DNA of 64,000 nt from Betaproteobacteria bacterium (GCA_029883975.1 JAOUIL010000002.1:3014-67013); one strand, 5' to 3'. Counted from the first letter of the stretch, positions 11,789 to 25,902 are shown. Numbers and translations: made by a program. Notes: generated by a model not told the origin, from the sequence alone.

Positions 11789-13245
11789 AGCGGCGTCTCC
11801 GACGGCACGCGCCGGTGCCAGTCCGTCGCCTGCTGGTAGCGATGCGCCGCGCCGAGCAGCCGCGCCTCCGAGAAGTGCGGCCCCATGAGCTGCAGGCCGA
11901 CCGGCAGGCCGCGCGCGTCGAAGCCGCAGGGTATCGACAGCGCCGGCAGCCCGGCGAGCGGCGCCGGGATGGTGAAGATGTCGTTCAGGTACATCTGCAC
12001 CGGGTCGTCGGTCTTCGCGCCGATGGCGAACGCCGTGCTCGGCGTCGTCGGCCCCATGATCAGGTCGCACTGCGCGAACGCGGCGGCGAAATCGCGGGCG
12101 ATCAGCCGGCGCACCTTCTGCGCCTTCAGGTAGTACGCATCGTAGTAGCCGTGCGACAGCACGTAGGTGCCGACCAGCACCCGGCGCTGCACTTCGGCGC
12201 CGAAGCCCTCAGCGCGCGTGCGGCAGTACATGTCGAGCAGATCCGCGTACTGCTGCGCGCGGTGGCCGTAGCGCACGCCGTCGTAGCGCGACAGGTTCGA
12301 GGAAGCCTCGGCCGGCGCCAGCACGTAGTAGACCGCAACCGCGAGCGCGGTGTTCGGCAGCTCGAGCGGCACCGTGCGCGCGCCCTGCGCTTCGTACCAG
12401 GCGATCGCCGCGCGCACGGCGGCGAGAACCCCGGGGTCAGTGCCCTCGCCGAAGTATTCCCTGGGCAGGCCGATGCGCAGCCCGCGCAGCGCCAGCCCGA
12501 GCTCGCGTGCGTAATCCTCCCTGGGCCGCTCGAGGCTCGTGGAATCGCGCGGGTCGTGACCGGCCATCACGTTGAGCAGCGGCGCCAGATCCGCGGCCGA
12601 GCGCGCCATCGGGCCCGCCTGGTCGAGCGAGGAGGCGAACGCGATCATGCCGTAGCGGGAGACGACGCCGTAGGTCGGCTTGAGCCCGCAGACCCCCGTG
12701 AGGGCGGCGGGCTGGCGGATCGAGCCGCCCGTATCGGTTCCCGTGGCGGCGGGCGCCATGCGCGCGGCGACGGCGACCGCCGACCCGCCCGAGGACCCGC
12801 CCGGCACCAGGTCCTTGCCCCAGGGATTGCGCACCGGGCCGAACCAGGAAGTCTCGTTGGACGAGCCCATCGCAAACTCGTCCATGTTGGTCTTGCCGAC
12901 CACCACGGCGCCCGCGTGGTCGAACTGCTCCACGACGTGCGCGTCGTAGGGGCTGCGGTAGTGCTCGAGCATGCGAGAGCCGCAGGTGGTACGCAGGGCG
13001 CGGGTGCAGAAGATGTCCTTGTGGGCGATCGGAATTCCGGTCAGCGGCCCCGCCTCCCCGCGCGCCAGGCGCGCATCCGCTGCCCGGGCCTGCGCCAGGC
13101 TTATCTCCTCGTCCACCGAGATGAAGGCGTTGGTGGCCCGGTTCAGCGCCCTGATGCGCGCCAGGTAAAGCCCGGTGAGCTCCACGCTGGACACACGGCG
13201 CCCGGCCAGCGCCGCCCGCAGCTCGCCGAGGGTGGAATCGAGCAC
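11785..13245 (-). CDS. gatA: Asp/Glu-tRNA amidotransferase subunit A
   Basis: [33 protein letters not shown] and SSNLSRYDG. Confidence 0.98.
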   Translation of the reverse strand: MLDSTLGELRAALAGRRVSSVELTGLYLARIRALNRATNAFISVDEEISLAQARAADARLARGEAGPLTGIPIAHKDIFCTRALRTTCGSRMLEHYRSPYDAHVVEQFDHAGAVVVGKTNMDEFAMGSSNETSWFGPVRNPWGKDLVPGGSSGGSAVAVAARMAPAATGTDTGGSIRQPAALTGVCGLKPTYGVVSRYGMIAFASSLDQAGPMARSAADLAPLLNVMAGHDPRDSTSLERPREDYARELGLALRGLRIGLPREYFGEGTDPGVLAAVRAAIAWYEAQGARTVPLELPNTALAVAVYYVLAPAEASSNLSRYDGVRYGHRAQQYADLLDMYCRTRAEGFGAEVQRRVLVGTYVLSHGYYDAYYLKAQKVRRLIARDFAAAFAQCDLIMGPTTPSTAFAIGAKTDDPVQMYLNDIFTIPAPLAGLPALSIPCGFDARGLPVGLQLMGPHFSEARLLGAAHRYQQATDWHRRVPSETPL

Positions 13246-13533
13246 TTACTCGATCACTTTCGGCACCAGGTACAGGCCGTCCTCGACCGCCGGCGCCCCG
13301 GCCTGGAGCGCGGCACGCTGGTCTGTCTCGGTGACGGCATCGGGACGTAGCGGCTGCACCACGTCCAGCGCGTGGGACATCGGCTCGATGCCTTCGGTGT
13401 CCACGGCCTGCAGCTGGTCAATCATGCTCAGCACGCGATTCAGGCGCTCCAGCACGACGTCGGCCTCCTGCGCGGGCAGGGCGATGCGTGCGAGTTGGGC
13501 GACGCGCCGGATCTGGTCTCGGGTGAGCGACAT
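13246..13533 (-). CDS. gatC: Asp/Glu-tRNA amidotransferase subunit C
   Basis: VAQLARI, LRPDAV and GLYLVPKVIE; 95 aa, adjacent to gatA. Confidence 0.96.
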   Translation of the reverse strand: MSLTRDQIRRVAQLARIALPAQEADVVLERLNRVLSMIDQLQAVDTEGIEPMSHALDVVQPLRPDAVTETDQRAALQAGAPAVEDGLYLVPKVIE

Positions 13534-13639
13534 TGCACTGCGGAAAAAAGTGGCTCGAAGCCCGCTTCCCGCCTTGCTGGGGCCTTGGTTGCGGGTATTA
13601 TATGCCCTTTGGCGACACAGCCTTAGCGAACAAAGTTAA

Positions 13640-14716
<1,077 letters not shown>

Positions 14717-14751
14717 CCGAGGGGTGAAGGGCCCGCCCTCCCTTCCCTGAC

Positions 14752-15669
14752 GTGGAGCACACTCCCCCGCCTTTCTTCGTTCGCGGTCCCGCTCCCCTCG
14801 TCCGGCTCGCGTTCTTCGCTTCACTGTCCCTCGCCCTGCTGGTGCTCGATGCGCGCTTCGGCTACGCCGAGGGCCTGCGCTCGGTGCTGGCGCTCGCCGC
14901 CTACCCGATCCAGCAGGCCGCGCGCCTGCCGGTGGTGATCGTCGAAGGCGCCGCGGGGTTCTTCGCCACCCAGTCGCGGCTGCGCGAGGAGAACGAGGCG
15001 CTGCGCGCGCGCCTGCTCGTTGCGACGCTCGACGCGCAGCGTTACGAGTCGGCGCACGCAGAGGCGAGCAGCCTGCGGCGGCTGATCGGCGCCACCGAGC
15101 GCCTGGAGCGCAAGTCCATCCCCGTGGAGGTGCTGTACGCCGGGCGCGACCCTTACGCGCGCAAGGTGATCGTCGACAGAGGGGCGCAGCACGGCCTGCG
15201 GCCGGGCAGCGCGGTGGTGGACGATGCCGGCGTCATCGGCCAGCTCACGCGCGCGCACGCGTTCGTGTCCGAGGTGACCCTGCTCACCGACAAGGGGCTG
15301 GCGATCCCGGTGCAGGTGCTGAGGAACGGGCTGCGCGCGATCGCATTCGGCGGCGGCAGCTCGGGGCTGCTCGAATTGCGCTACATGGCCGCCACCGCCG
15401 ACGTGGAGAACGGCGACGTGCTGGTGACTTCGGGCATCGACGGCACGTACCCCGCCGGACTGCCGGTCGCCTCGGTGGTGCGCGTCGAGCGCGACGCCTC
15501 CTACACGTTCGCGCGCGTGCTGGCGCAGCCGCTGGCCGGCGTGGAGCGCGGCCGCTACGCGCTCGTGCTGTCGGCGGGGGCGGGCCAAGCCGAGTACCCG
15601 AAAGACCCGGAAGAGCGCAAAGGCCCCAAGAGCCGGCGCGCGAAGAAGCCGGTCGCCGATGGCCGCTGA
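14752..15669 (+). CDS. mreC: Rod shape-determining protein MreC
   Basis: N-terminal TM, coiled coil and GDVLVTSGIDGTYPAGLPV; follows mreB. Confidence 0.95.
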   Translation: MEHTPPPFFVRGPAPLVRLAFFASLSLALLVLDARFGYAEGLRSVLALAAYPIQQAARLPVVIVEGAAGFFATQSRLREENEALRARLLVATLDAQRYESAHAEASSLRRLIGATERLERKSIPVEVLYAGRDPYARKVIVDRGAQHGLRPGSAVVDDAGVIGQLTRAHAFVSEVTLLTDKGLAIPVQVLRNGLRAIAFGGGSSGLLELRYMAATADVENGDVLVTSGIDGTYPAGLPVASVVRVERDASYTFARVLAQPLAGVERGRYALVLSAGAGQAEYPKDPEERKGPKSRRAKKPVADGR

Positions 15670-16177
15670 CCGTTCCCGGCACCTGCTGCTGCCAGTGCGC
15701 ACCGGCACGATCGTCGCCTCGTTCGTCGGCGCCCTGCTGCTGGATTTCCTGCCCTGGCCGGATGTGGCGCTGACGCCGGATTTTGTCGCCCTGACGCTCG
15801 CCTTCTGGTGCGTGCACCAGCCGCGGCGCATAGGCCTGGGCACCGCCTGGGTGCTCGGGCTGCTGGTGGACGCCGGCAACGGCGTGCTGCTCGGGCAGCA
15901 TGCGCTCGCCTACTCGGCGCTCGCGTTCGCGGGGATCGCGCTGTCGCGCCGCATCCTGTGGTTCGACCTGTGGGGACAGGCGCTGCACGTCCTGCTGCTG
16001 CTGGAAGGCGCGCAGGCCGTCGCGCTCGGCGTGCGCCTGGCGGCCGGCGCCGAGTTCCCGGGATGGTCGCTGTTCGCCGGACCGGCGCTGGCGACGCTCC
16101 TGTGGCCCGCGGTCGTCTGGCTGCTGCAACTGCCGCAGCGCCGGCCGCGATCCCTCGACGAGACGAGGCCGCTGTGA
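15659..16177 (+). CDS. mreD: Rod shape-determining protein MreD
   Basis: Hydrophobic; PDFVALTLAFW and GVLLGQHALAY; operon position. Confidence 0.93.
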   Translation: MAADRSRHLLLPVRTGTIVASFVGALLLDFLPWPDVALTPDFVALTLAFWCVHQPRRIGLGTAWVLGLLVDAGNGVLLGQHALAYSALAFAGIALSRRILWFDLWGQALHVLLLLEGAQAVALGVRLAAGAEFPGWSLFAGPALATLLWPAVVWLLQLPQRRPRSLDETRPL

Positions 16178-18087
16178 GATTCGCCGAGCTGCGCAACACC
16201 GCGCGCGAGCTGCAGGACTTCCAGCTGCGCCTGGGCGTGGCGGGGCTCGCGGTACTCATCGCCTTCGCGCTGCTGCTCGCGCGCTTCGTCTGGCTGCAGG
16301 TGCTGCAGCACGACGCCTACAGCGCGATGGCGGAGGAGAACCGCATCGCCGTGGTGCCGCTGCCGCCCAGCCGCGGGCTGATCCTCGACCGCAACGGCGA
16401 AGTCCTGGCGCGCAATTACCTCGCCTACACGCTGGAGATCTTCCCGGCGCAGGTGCGCAATCTCGAGGCCACCATCTCGCAGCTCGCGGCCTACGTCGAC
16501 ATCCAGCCGCGCGACCGCGCGCGCTTCAGGAAGCTCCTGCAGGAGACGAAGAACGCCGAGAGCCTGCCGATCCGCACCCGGCTCACCGACGAGGAGGTGG
16601 CGCGCATCGCCGCCAACCGCTGGCGCTTCACCGGCGCGGACATCCGCGCGCGCCTGTTCCGCCAATACCCGCACGGCGATCTCGCCTCGCACGTCGTCGG
16701 CTACATCGGGCGCATCACCACGGCCGATGTGGAGCGGCTCGAGGAGATGGAAGTTGCCGCGAACTACCGCGGCACCGACTACATCGGCAAGGCCGGCGTC
16801 GAGGCAAGCTACCAGCAGGAGCTGCACGGCGTGACCGGCTTCGAGCGGCTGGAGATCGACGCCGCCGGCCGCGGCGTGCGCAGCCTGTCGCGCACGCCCG
16901 CGCAGACCGGCAACAACGTCGCGCTGACGCTGGACATCCGGCTGCAGGAGGTGGCCGAGCGCGCCTTCGGCGAGCGGCGCGGCGCGCTCGTGGCGATCGA
17001 GCCGGCCACCGGCGGCGTGCTCGCCTTCGTCTCCCGTCCGGGCTACGACCCGAACCTGTTCGTCGACGGCATCGACCCGCAGAGCTGGGACGAGCTCATG
17101 AACTCGCCCGACCGCCCGCTCAACAACCGCGCGCTCGCCGGGCTGTACCCGCCGGGCTCCACCTTCAAGCCGTTCATGGCGCTCGCCGCGCTGGAGCTCG
17201 GCAAGCGCACGCCGGCGAGCGTCATCCAGGACCCGGGCTACTTCATCTTCGGCGACCGGCGCTTCCGCGACTCCAAGCCCGGCGGGCACGGCACCGTGGA
17301 CCTGTACAAGTCGATCGTCGTGTCGTCGGACGTGTACTACTACATGCTCGCCAACGACATGGGCATCGAGGCCATCGCCGGCTTCATGGGGCGCTTCGGC
17401 TTCGGCGCGCGCACCGGCATCGACCTCGACGGAGAGGTGACGGGCGTGCTGCCTTCGCCCGAGTGGAAGCACGCGCGCTTCTCGCAGCCCGAGCAGCAGA
17501 AGTGGTATCCCGGCGAGACGATCTCCATCGGCATCGGCCAGGGCTACAACTCCTACACGCCGCTGCAGCTCGCGCAGGCGCTCGCCACGCTCGCCAACAA
17601 CGGCGCCATGTATCGGCCGCGGCTGGTGTCGCACATCGACAACCCGCGCACCGGCGAGCGCCAGTACGTCGAACCACAGCTCGTGCGCCAGGTCGGGTTG
17701 CGCCCCGAGCACGTGGCGTTCGTCAAGCGGGCGATGGCGGGCGTGACCACCGAGGGCACCGGCCGGTGGGCCTTTGCCGGCGCGCAGTACACGAGCGGCG
17801 GCAAGACCGGCACCGCGCAGGTCATCGGCATGAAGCAGGGCGAGAAGTACGAGGAGGAGAAGGTCGCCGAGCGGCTGCGCGACCACTCGCTGTATATCGC
17901 CTTCGCGCCGCTGGAGAGCCCGCGCATCGCGCTCGCCGTGCTGGTGGAAAACGGCGGCTTCGGCGCGCGCGCGGCCGCGCCCATCGCGCGCACGGTGCTC
18001 GACTATTTCCTGCTCGGCAAGCTGCCCGCCGCCCCGCGCCGCCCCGCGCCGGAGCCCGAGGCGGAAAGCGACGCGCAGAGCGACTGA
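16174..18087 (+). CDS. mrdA: Penicillin-binding protein 2
   Basis: RGLILDRNG, active-site STFK (SxxK), SSD (SxD) and KTGTAQ. GTGA overlap with mreD. Confidence 0.96.
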   Translation: MRFAELRNTARELQDFQLRLGVAGLAVLIAFALLLARFVWLQVLQHDAYSAMAEENRIAVVPLPPSRGLILDRNGEVLARNYLAYTLEIFPAQVRNLEATISQLAAYVDIQPRDRARFRKLLQETKNAESLPIRTRLTDEEVARIAANRWRFTGADIRARLFRQYPHGDLASHVVGYIGRITTADVERLEEMEVAANYRGTDYIGKAGVEASYQQELHGVTGFERLEIDAAGRGVRSLSRTPAQTGNNVALTLDIRLQEVAERAFGERRGALVAIEPATGGVLAFVSRPGYDPNLFVDGIDPQSWDELMNSPDRPLNNRALAGLYPPGSTFKPFMALAALELGKRTPASVIQDPGYFIFGDRRFRDSKPGGHGTVDLYKSIVVSSDVYYYMLANDMGIEAIAGFMGRFGFGARTGIDLDGEVTGVLPSPEWKHARFSQPEQQKWYPGETISIGIGQGYNSYTPLQLAQALATLANNGAMYRPRLVSHIDNPRTGERQYVEPQLVRQVGLRPEHVAFVKRAMAGVTTEGTGRWAFAGAQYTSGGKTGTAQVIGMKQGEKYEEEKVAERLRDHSLYIAFAPLESPRIALAVLVENGGFGARAAAPIARTVLDYFLLGKLPAAPRRPAPEPEAESDAQSD

Positions 18088-19199
18088 TGGAGATCGCCGG
18101 CTATCCGCTGCGGCGCCTGCGTGCCCAGATCGTCGAAGGCATCGATCCGACGCTGTTCACGCTGGCGCTGGTGCTCAGCCTGCTCGGGCTCGCGGTGCTG
18201 TACTCCGCAAGCTACGAGAACGCCACGCGCGTCGCCAACCAGACCGCGAACCTGGCGGCGGCGCTGCTCGCCATGTGGGCGGTGGCCAAGGTCCCGCCGC
18301 AGACGCTGGCGCGCCTCGCCGTGCCCGCCTATGCCGCAGGCGTCGTGCTGCTGCTCGCCGTCGCGGGCTTCGGCGAGGTCGTGAACGGCGCGCGGCGCTG
18401 GCTGCATCTCGGCTTCATGCGCTTCCAGCCCTCGGAGATACTGAAGATCGCCATGCCGATGATGCTGGCGTGGTACTTCCACCGTCGCGAAGACGCCATC
18501 CGCCTGCGCGATTTCGCGCTCGCCGGGCTGCTGCTCGCCGTGCCGGTGGCGCTGATCGCGCGCCAGCCCGACCTGGGAACGGCGCTGCTCGTCGCCGCCG
18601 CGGGTTTCTACGTCATCTTCTTCGCCGGCATCGGCTGGAAGGTGCTCGCCGGCCTGGGCGTGCTGGTGCTCGCCAGCCTGCCTCCGCTGTGGGGCCTGCT
18701 GCACGACTACCAGCGCCGCCGCATCCTGACGCTGCTCGATCCGTCGCAGGACCCGCTCGGCGCCGGCTATCACACGATCCAGTCGACCATCGCGGTAGGC
18801 TCCGGCGGGCTGGCCGGCAAGGGGTGGCTGAACGGATCGCAGACGCACCTGGAATTCATTCCGGAGCGCCACACCGACTTCATCTTTGCCGTGTTCTCCG
18901 AGGAGTTCGGGCTGCTCGGCAACCTGGGCCTGCTCGCGCTGTACGCGCTGCTGATCGCGCGCGGCCTCACCATCGCCGCCGGCGCCGCGACGCTGTTCGG
19001 GCGCCTGCTCGCCGGCGCGATCACGCTGATCTTCTTCACCTACGCGCTCGTCAACATGGGCATGGTGGCGGGCGTGCTGCCGGTCGTGGGCGTGCCCTTG
19101 CCCTTCATCTCCTACGGCGGCACCGCGCTGCTGACGCTCTATGTGGGCATCGGCATGCTGATGAGCATCCATCGCCATCGCCGACTCATCCAGACCTGA
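18087..19199 (+). CDS. rodA: SEDS peptidoglycan glycosyltransferase RodA
   Basis: GARRWL, FQPSEILK, QPDLGT, PERHTDFIF and PLPFISYGG. Confidence 0.96.
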   Translation: MEIAGYPLRRLRAQIVEGIDPTLFTLALVLSLLGLAVLYSASYENATRVANQTANLAAALLAMWAVAKVPPQTLARLAVPAYAAGVVLLLAVAGFGEVVNGARRWLHLGFMRFQPSEILKIAMPMMLAWYFHRREDAIRLRDFALAGLLLAVPVALIARQPDLGTALLVAAAGFYVIFFAGIGWKVLAGLGVLVLASLPPLWGLLHDYQRRRILTLLDPSQDPLGAGYHTIQSTIAVGSGGLAGKGWLNGSQTHLEFIPERHTDFIFAVFSEEFGLLGNLGLLALYALLIARGLTIAAGAATLFGRLLAGAITLIFFTYALVNMGMVAGVLPVVGVPLPFISYGGTALLTLYVGIGMLMSIHRHRRLIQT

Positions 19200-19377
19200 G
19201 TTTGTGCGCAGCAACAGAACCTTGGAATCAAGGTCCGCATCATGAAACGAGGGCCGTCTAACTCGTTGTAAATCCTTGTTTTGCGGGACGGTGGCATCCC
19301 GTCTCTGCGCTATTGCTGTGCGCAATGACCTTGGCTATCGTCGGGCTCAGGTCAATCACTCTCACGGAGAACCGCAC

Positions 19378-20703
<1,326 letters not shown>

Positions 20704-20704
20704 T

Positions 20705-22474
20705 GTGACGGCGCCGGCGAAGGTCGTCCCGATCCACGAGGCGCGCGGCGAGCGCGCCATCGAGGTCGCGCGCGCGATCCTCGCCGGCTTCGACAGGCAC
20801 TACCGCCTGTTCCGCGAGGCCTCGGCGCGCGCCAAACTGCTGTTCGAGCGCGCCGACTGGCCCGCGCTGCGCGCGCTCGCGCGCGAGCGCATCCAGATGT
20901 ACGACCAGCGGGTGCTCGAGGCCGTGGACGAGGTGCGCGCCCGCTTTCCCGAGGCCGAGCGCGACGAGTCGCTGTGGCGCTCGATCAAGCTCGCCTACAT
21001 CCCGCTGCTGCACGAACACCGGCAGCCCGAGTGCGCCGAGACCTTCTACAACTCGGTGGCCTGCGCCGTGCTGCACCGGCGCTACTACCGCAACGAATTC
21101 ATCTTCTGGCGGCCGGCGGTGGCGACCGAGCACCTGGAGGGCGACGAGCCGGCCTACCGCAGCTATTACCCGCTGAGGAAGACCCTGCGCCGCACGCTGC
21201 AGGCCATCGTCAACGGCTTCGGCCTCGCCAATCCCTGGGAGAACCTGCACCGCGACTTCAGGAGCGTGCTGCGCGCGCTGCGCAAGCGCTTTCCGCGCCC
21301 GGCGCGCGCCCGCCCGAGCCTGCAGATCCAGGTGCTGGGCTCGCTGTTCTTCCGCAACAAGGCGGCCTACGCGGTGGGCAAGATCATCAACGGCAGCGAG
21401 GAGGTGCCCTTCGCGGTGCCGATCCTGCAGAACGAGCGCGGCGAGCTTTACCTCGACGCGCTGCTGCTGGATGCGGACCTGCTGATCATCCTGTTCTCGT
21501 TCGCGCGCGCCTACTTCTTCGTCGACATGGAGGTGCCGGCGGCCTACGTCTCGTTCCTGCGCCAATTGATGCCCAAGAAGCCGCGCGCCGAAATGTACAT
21601 GTGCGTCGGCCTCGCCAAGCAGGGCAAGACCATGTTCTACCGCGACCTCTTCTACCATCTGAAGCATTCCTCGGACAATTTCGTCGTCGCGCCGGGCATC
21701 AAGGGCATGGTGATGCTGGTGTTCACGCTGCCCTCCTTCCCCTATGTCTTCAAGGTAATCCGCGACCGCTTCGCGCCGCCCAAGGAGATGGACCGGCAGA
21801 CAGTCAAGGACAAGTACCAGCTGGTGAAGTACCACGACCGCGTCGGGCGGCTGGCGGACACGCTCGAGTACTCGCTGGTGGCGCTGCCGCTGGAGCGCTT
21901 CGCGCCGGAGCTGCTCGAGGAGCTCAAGGCGGAAGCCGCCTCCAACATCGAGTTCGAGGACGACAAGATCGTCATCAAGCACGTGTACATCGAGCGGCGC
22001 ATGCAGCCGCTCAACCTGTTCCTGGCCGAGGCCACCGCCGACAACGACGCGGCGCGCGTGCGCCAGGCGCTGCACGAATACGGCTACGCGATCAAGGAGC
22101 TGGCCGGCGCGGGCATCTTCCCCGGCGACATGCTGCTCAAGAACTTCGGCGTCACGCGCCACAACCGCGTCGTGTTCTACGACTACGACGAGATCGCCTA
22201 CATGATCGACTGCAACTTCCGGCGCATCCCGCCGCCGCGTTCGATCGAGGACGAGATGTCGGCCGAGCCCTACTACTCGGTGGGCCCGCACGACGTGTTC
22301 CCCGAGCAGTTCGCGAAATTCCTGGTGAGCGACCCGCAGGCACGCGAGGTGTTCCTCGAGCGCCACGCCGACCTCATGCAGCCGGAGTACTGGGCGGGCA
22401 AGCAGGCGCGCATCCGCGCCGGCGTGCAGGAAGACGTCTACCCCTACCCCGACGAGATCCGCTTCCGGCGCTAG
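20705..22474 (+). CDS. aceK: Isocitrate dehydrogenase kinase/phosphatase
   Basis: AETFYNSV, APGIKGMVMLVF, HDRVGRLADT, IFPGDMLLKNFGVTRH and VVFYDYDEI. Confidence 0.97.
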   Translation: MTAPAKVVPIHEARGERAIEVARAILAGFDRHYRLFREASARAKLLFERADWPALRALARERIQMYDQRVLEAVDEVRARFPEAERDESLWRSIKLAYIPLLHEHRQPECAETFYNSVACAVLHRRYYRNEFIFWRPAVATEHLEGDEPAYRSYYPLRKTLRRTLQAIVNGFGLANPWENLHRDFRSVLRALRKRFPRPARARPSLQIQVLGSLFFRNKAAYAVGKIINGSEEVPFAVPILQNERGELYLDALLLDADLLIILFSFARAYFFVDMEVPAAYVSFLRQLMPKKPRAEMYMCVGLAKQGKTMFYRDLFYHLKHSSDNFVVAPGIKGMVMLVFTLPSFPYVFKVIRDRFAPPKEMDRQTVKDKYQLVKYHDRVGRLADTLEYSLVALPLERFAPELLEELKAEAASNIEFEDDKIVIKHVYIERRMQPLNLFLAEATADNDAARVRQALHEYGYAIKELAGAGIFPGDMLLKNFGVTRHNRVVFYDYDEIAYMIDCNFRRIPPPRSIEDEMSAEPYYSVGPHDVFPEQFAKFLVSDPQAREVFLERHADLMQPEYWAGKQARIRAGVQEDVYPYPDEIRFRR

Positions 22475-22692
22475 GCGTCGATGACGACGCGCTTCAGGCG
22501 CGACCTCAGGCCCGAAGCGATGCGCACGCTGCGCTTGGGCACGCCGTAGTGGCCGGCGAGGAATTCCACCAGCGCCTCGTTCGCGGCGCCGTCCACCGCC
22601 CGCGCCCGCAGCTTTACCTTGATCCGGTCGCCGTGCGTGCCGTCGAAGCCGGCGCGCGAGGCGCCCGGCTGCACGTACAGATCGAGGATCAA
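22471..22692 (-). CDS. yggU: DUF167/YggU family protein
   Basis: VQPGASR, DGAANEALVEFLA and SGLRSRLK. TTG start overlaps the yggT stop. Confidence 0.85.
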   Translation of the reverse strand: MILDLYVQPGASRAGFDGTHGDRIKVKLRARAVDGAANEALVEFLAGHYGVPKRSVRIASGLRSRLKRVVIDA

Positions 22693-23264
22693 GCGATGAG
22701 GCCGCCCGCGGCGGCGCGCAGGTGCGCGAGCAGGATCAGCGCGATCTGCAGCAGCACGAGCAGCACAAGCGGCGACAGGTCGAACCGGCCGAGCAGCGGG
22801 AGCATGCGCCGCAGCGGGCGCAGGAACGGTCGCGTGATGGCGTCGAACAGCGGCGCCATGGGGGCATGCGGATTGACCCAGGAGAACACCACGACCATCA
22901 CCACCGCGAACACGAGGATGTACAGGCTGAAGCGCAGCAGGTCGAAGGCGGCGCCCACCACCAGCACGGCGACGACGCGTCCGGGCTCGGCGCCCAGCCC
23001 CCCGCCGGCGATGGCGCCGAGCAGATACAGGGCCAGCGCCTGCACGAGCAGCGCGGCGAGCAGCGTCGCCAGGTCCAGCCCGGCGAGCGGCGGGACGACC
23101 CGGCGCGCCGGGCGCACGATCCAGTCGGTGGCGGCGATGACGAACTCGCCCACCGGATTGCGGAACGACACGCGCAGCCACTGGAAGTGAAAGCGCGCGA
23201 GCAGCAGAAAGACGAGGAACGTCGCGACAACGTCGATCAGCAGCTGCCCGATCTGCACGAGCAT
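22689..23264 (-). CDS. yggT: YggT family membrane protein
   Basis: Two YGGT repeats (NPVGEFVIAATDWIVRPARRVVP; SWVNP...PLRRMLP...DLSPL). Confidence 0.92.
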   Translation of the reverse strand: MLVQIGQLLIDVVATFLVFLLLARFHFQWLRVSFRNPVGEFVIAATDWIVRPARRVVPPLAGLDLATLLAALLVQALALYLLGAIAGGGLGAEPGRVVAVLVVGAAFDLLRFSLYILVFAVVMVVVFSWVNPHAPMAPLFDAITRPFLRPLRRMLPLLGRFDLSPLVLLVLLQIALILLAHLRAAAGGLIA

Positions 23265-24076
23265 CAGTCGCGCCCCAGGATTTCGCCCATCTCCGTACCC
23301 CGGAGGCTCGCCGCCTGCACGGCGCGCCGGAAGCGCTCGGCCAGGCCCTCGGCGTCGAATACCGCCAGCGCCGCAGCCGTGGTGCCGCCGCGCGAAGTGA
23401 CGCGCTCGCGCAGCACCGCGGGCGGCTCCTTGCTCTGCGCCGCGAGGCGCGCCGCGCCGAGCACCGTCTCGAGCGCCAGCCGGGCGGCGACGTCGGCCGG
23501 CAGGCCGAGCTCCGTGCCGGCGCCGGCGAGCTGCTCGATGAACCAGAAGACGTAGGCCGGGCCGCTCGCCGACACCGCGGTCACCGGGTCGAGCAGCGCC
23601 TCGTCCTTCACCCACACCACCTTGCCGACCGCGCCGAGGATGCGCTCGGCGCGGCGCCGCTCGCCGGCGGTCACGCCGGGCGGCGCGTACAGCCCGGCGA
23701 TCCCCGCGCCGATCAGCGCCGGCGTGTTGGGCATGCAGCGGATGAGCTTCGCGTGCCCGCCCAGCCAGCGCTGCAGATCCCGCAGGCGGATGCCGGCGGC
23801 GACGCTGATCACCAGCTTGCCAGCCAGCTTGCCGGCGAGCGGCGCGACCGCCGCGCGCATGTCCTGGGGCTTCACCGCCAGCACCAGCGTATTCGCGCCG
23901 AGCACGCGCGCCTCGGGCGCGGGGACCGCGCGTACCTTGAAACGCGCTGCAAGCCGGCGCCGCGCCGCCGGCATGGGCTCGACCACGGTGAGCGCGCCGC
24001 GCTTCACGCCGCGCGCGATCAATCCGCCGAGGAGCGCACTTGCCATGTTGCCGCCGCCGATGAACGCGAGCCTCAC
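23264..24076 (-). CDS. proC: Pyrroline-5-carboxylate reductase
   Basis: FIGGGNMA, LAVKPQ, RCMPNTPA, SASGPAY and VTSRGGTT. Confidence 0.97.
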   Translation of the reverse strand: MRLAFIGGGNMASALLGGLIARGVKRGALTVVEPMPAARRRLAARFKVRAVPAPEARVLGANTLVLAVKPQDMRAAVAPLAGKLAGKLVISVAAGIRLRDLQRWLGGHAKLIRCMPNTPALIGAGIAGLYAPPGVTAGERRRAERILGAVGKVVWVKDEALLDPVTAVSASGPAYVFWFIEQLAGAGTELGLPADVAARLALETVLGAARLAAQSKEPPAVLRERVTSRGGTTAAALAVFDAEGLAERFRRAVQAASLRGTEMGEILGRD

Positions 24077-24759
24077 GCGGCGTCCCTCACCTTCGCGCGC
24101 TCGCCGAAGATCGCGGTGCCGATGCGCACCATCGTCGAGCCGGCGGCGATGGCCGTCTCCATGTCGTCGCTCATGCCGAGGGAGAGCGTGTCGAAATCGA
24201 GCTCGGCGCGCAAGCGCTCGTACAACGCGCCGAGCTCGTGGTAGCGCTCGGCGGGCGCGCCCGGCTCCGGGATCGCCATGAGCCCGCGCAGCCGCAACCG
24301 CGGCATGCTCGACACCGCGCGCGCCAGCGCGGCAACCCCGGCGGGCGCGACCCCGCTCTTCGAGGCCTCGCCCGAGACGTTGACCTGCACCAGCACCTGC
24401 AGCGGCGCCAGGTCCGCGGGGCGCTGCTCGGAGAGCCGGCGGGCGACCTTCTCGCGGTCGATGGTGTGCACCCAGTCGAAGCGCTCGGCCGCGGCCCGCG
24501 TCTTGTTGCTCTGGAGCGGACCCACCAGGTGCCATTCGAGCGGCAGGTCGGCGAGCGCCGCCATCTTGTCGAGCGCCTCCTGGACGTAGTTCTCGCCGAA
24601 CGCCCGCTGACCGGCGGCGCAGGCTTCGCGTACGCGCTCCGGCGCATGGGTCTTGGAGACCGCGAGCAGCCGCACCGTGCGCGGGTCGCGCCCGCAGGCG
24701 CGTGAAGCCGCGTCAATTCGTGACTTCACGGCTTGCATGTTCTCTGGAATTGACCCCAT
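24073..24759 (-). CDS. yggS: PLP homeostasis protein (YggS family)
   Basis: LLAVSKT, FGENYVQE, GPLQSNK, LSLGMSDD and MVRIGTAIFG. Confidence 0.96.
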   Translation of the reverse strand: MGSIPENMQAVKSRIDAASRACGRDPRTVRLLAVSKTHAPERVREACAAGQRAFGENYVQEALDKMAALADLPLEWHLVGPLQSNKTRAAAERFDWVHTIDREKVARRLSEQRPADLAPLQVLVQVNVSGEASKSGVAPAGVAALARAVSSMPRLRLRGLMAIPEPGAPAERYHELGALYERLRAELDFDTLSLGMSDDMETAIAAGSTMVRIGTAIFGERAKVRDAA

Positions 24760-24790
24760 ACTTTGCCGCCTTAGCCTGCGGGGGATTGTA

Positions 24791-25818
<1,028 letters not shown>

Positions 25819-25834
<16 letters not shown>

Positions 25835-25902
25835 AATCCGGCACAATTTCGGCGCACGGTCACGTTGCGCGGAGCGCAACGTGAACCGCAGCCACAATTT
25901 CG
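25819..25902. repeat. Two tandem hairpins plus a 10-bp direct repeat at the pilT-pilU junction
   Basis: IR1 25819-25832/25836-25849 (1 mismatch). IR2 CACGTTGCGC 25861-25870/GCGCAACGTG 25874-25883. CACAATTTCG occurs at 25842-25851 and 25893-25902. Confidence 0.7.

Noticed and set aside
19276-19377. Longer aceA start at 19276
   Set aside because: The ATG at 19378 has a GGAG RBS and gives a typical isocitrate lyase length. The upstream segment is AT-richer promoter DNA.
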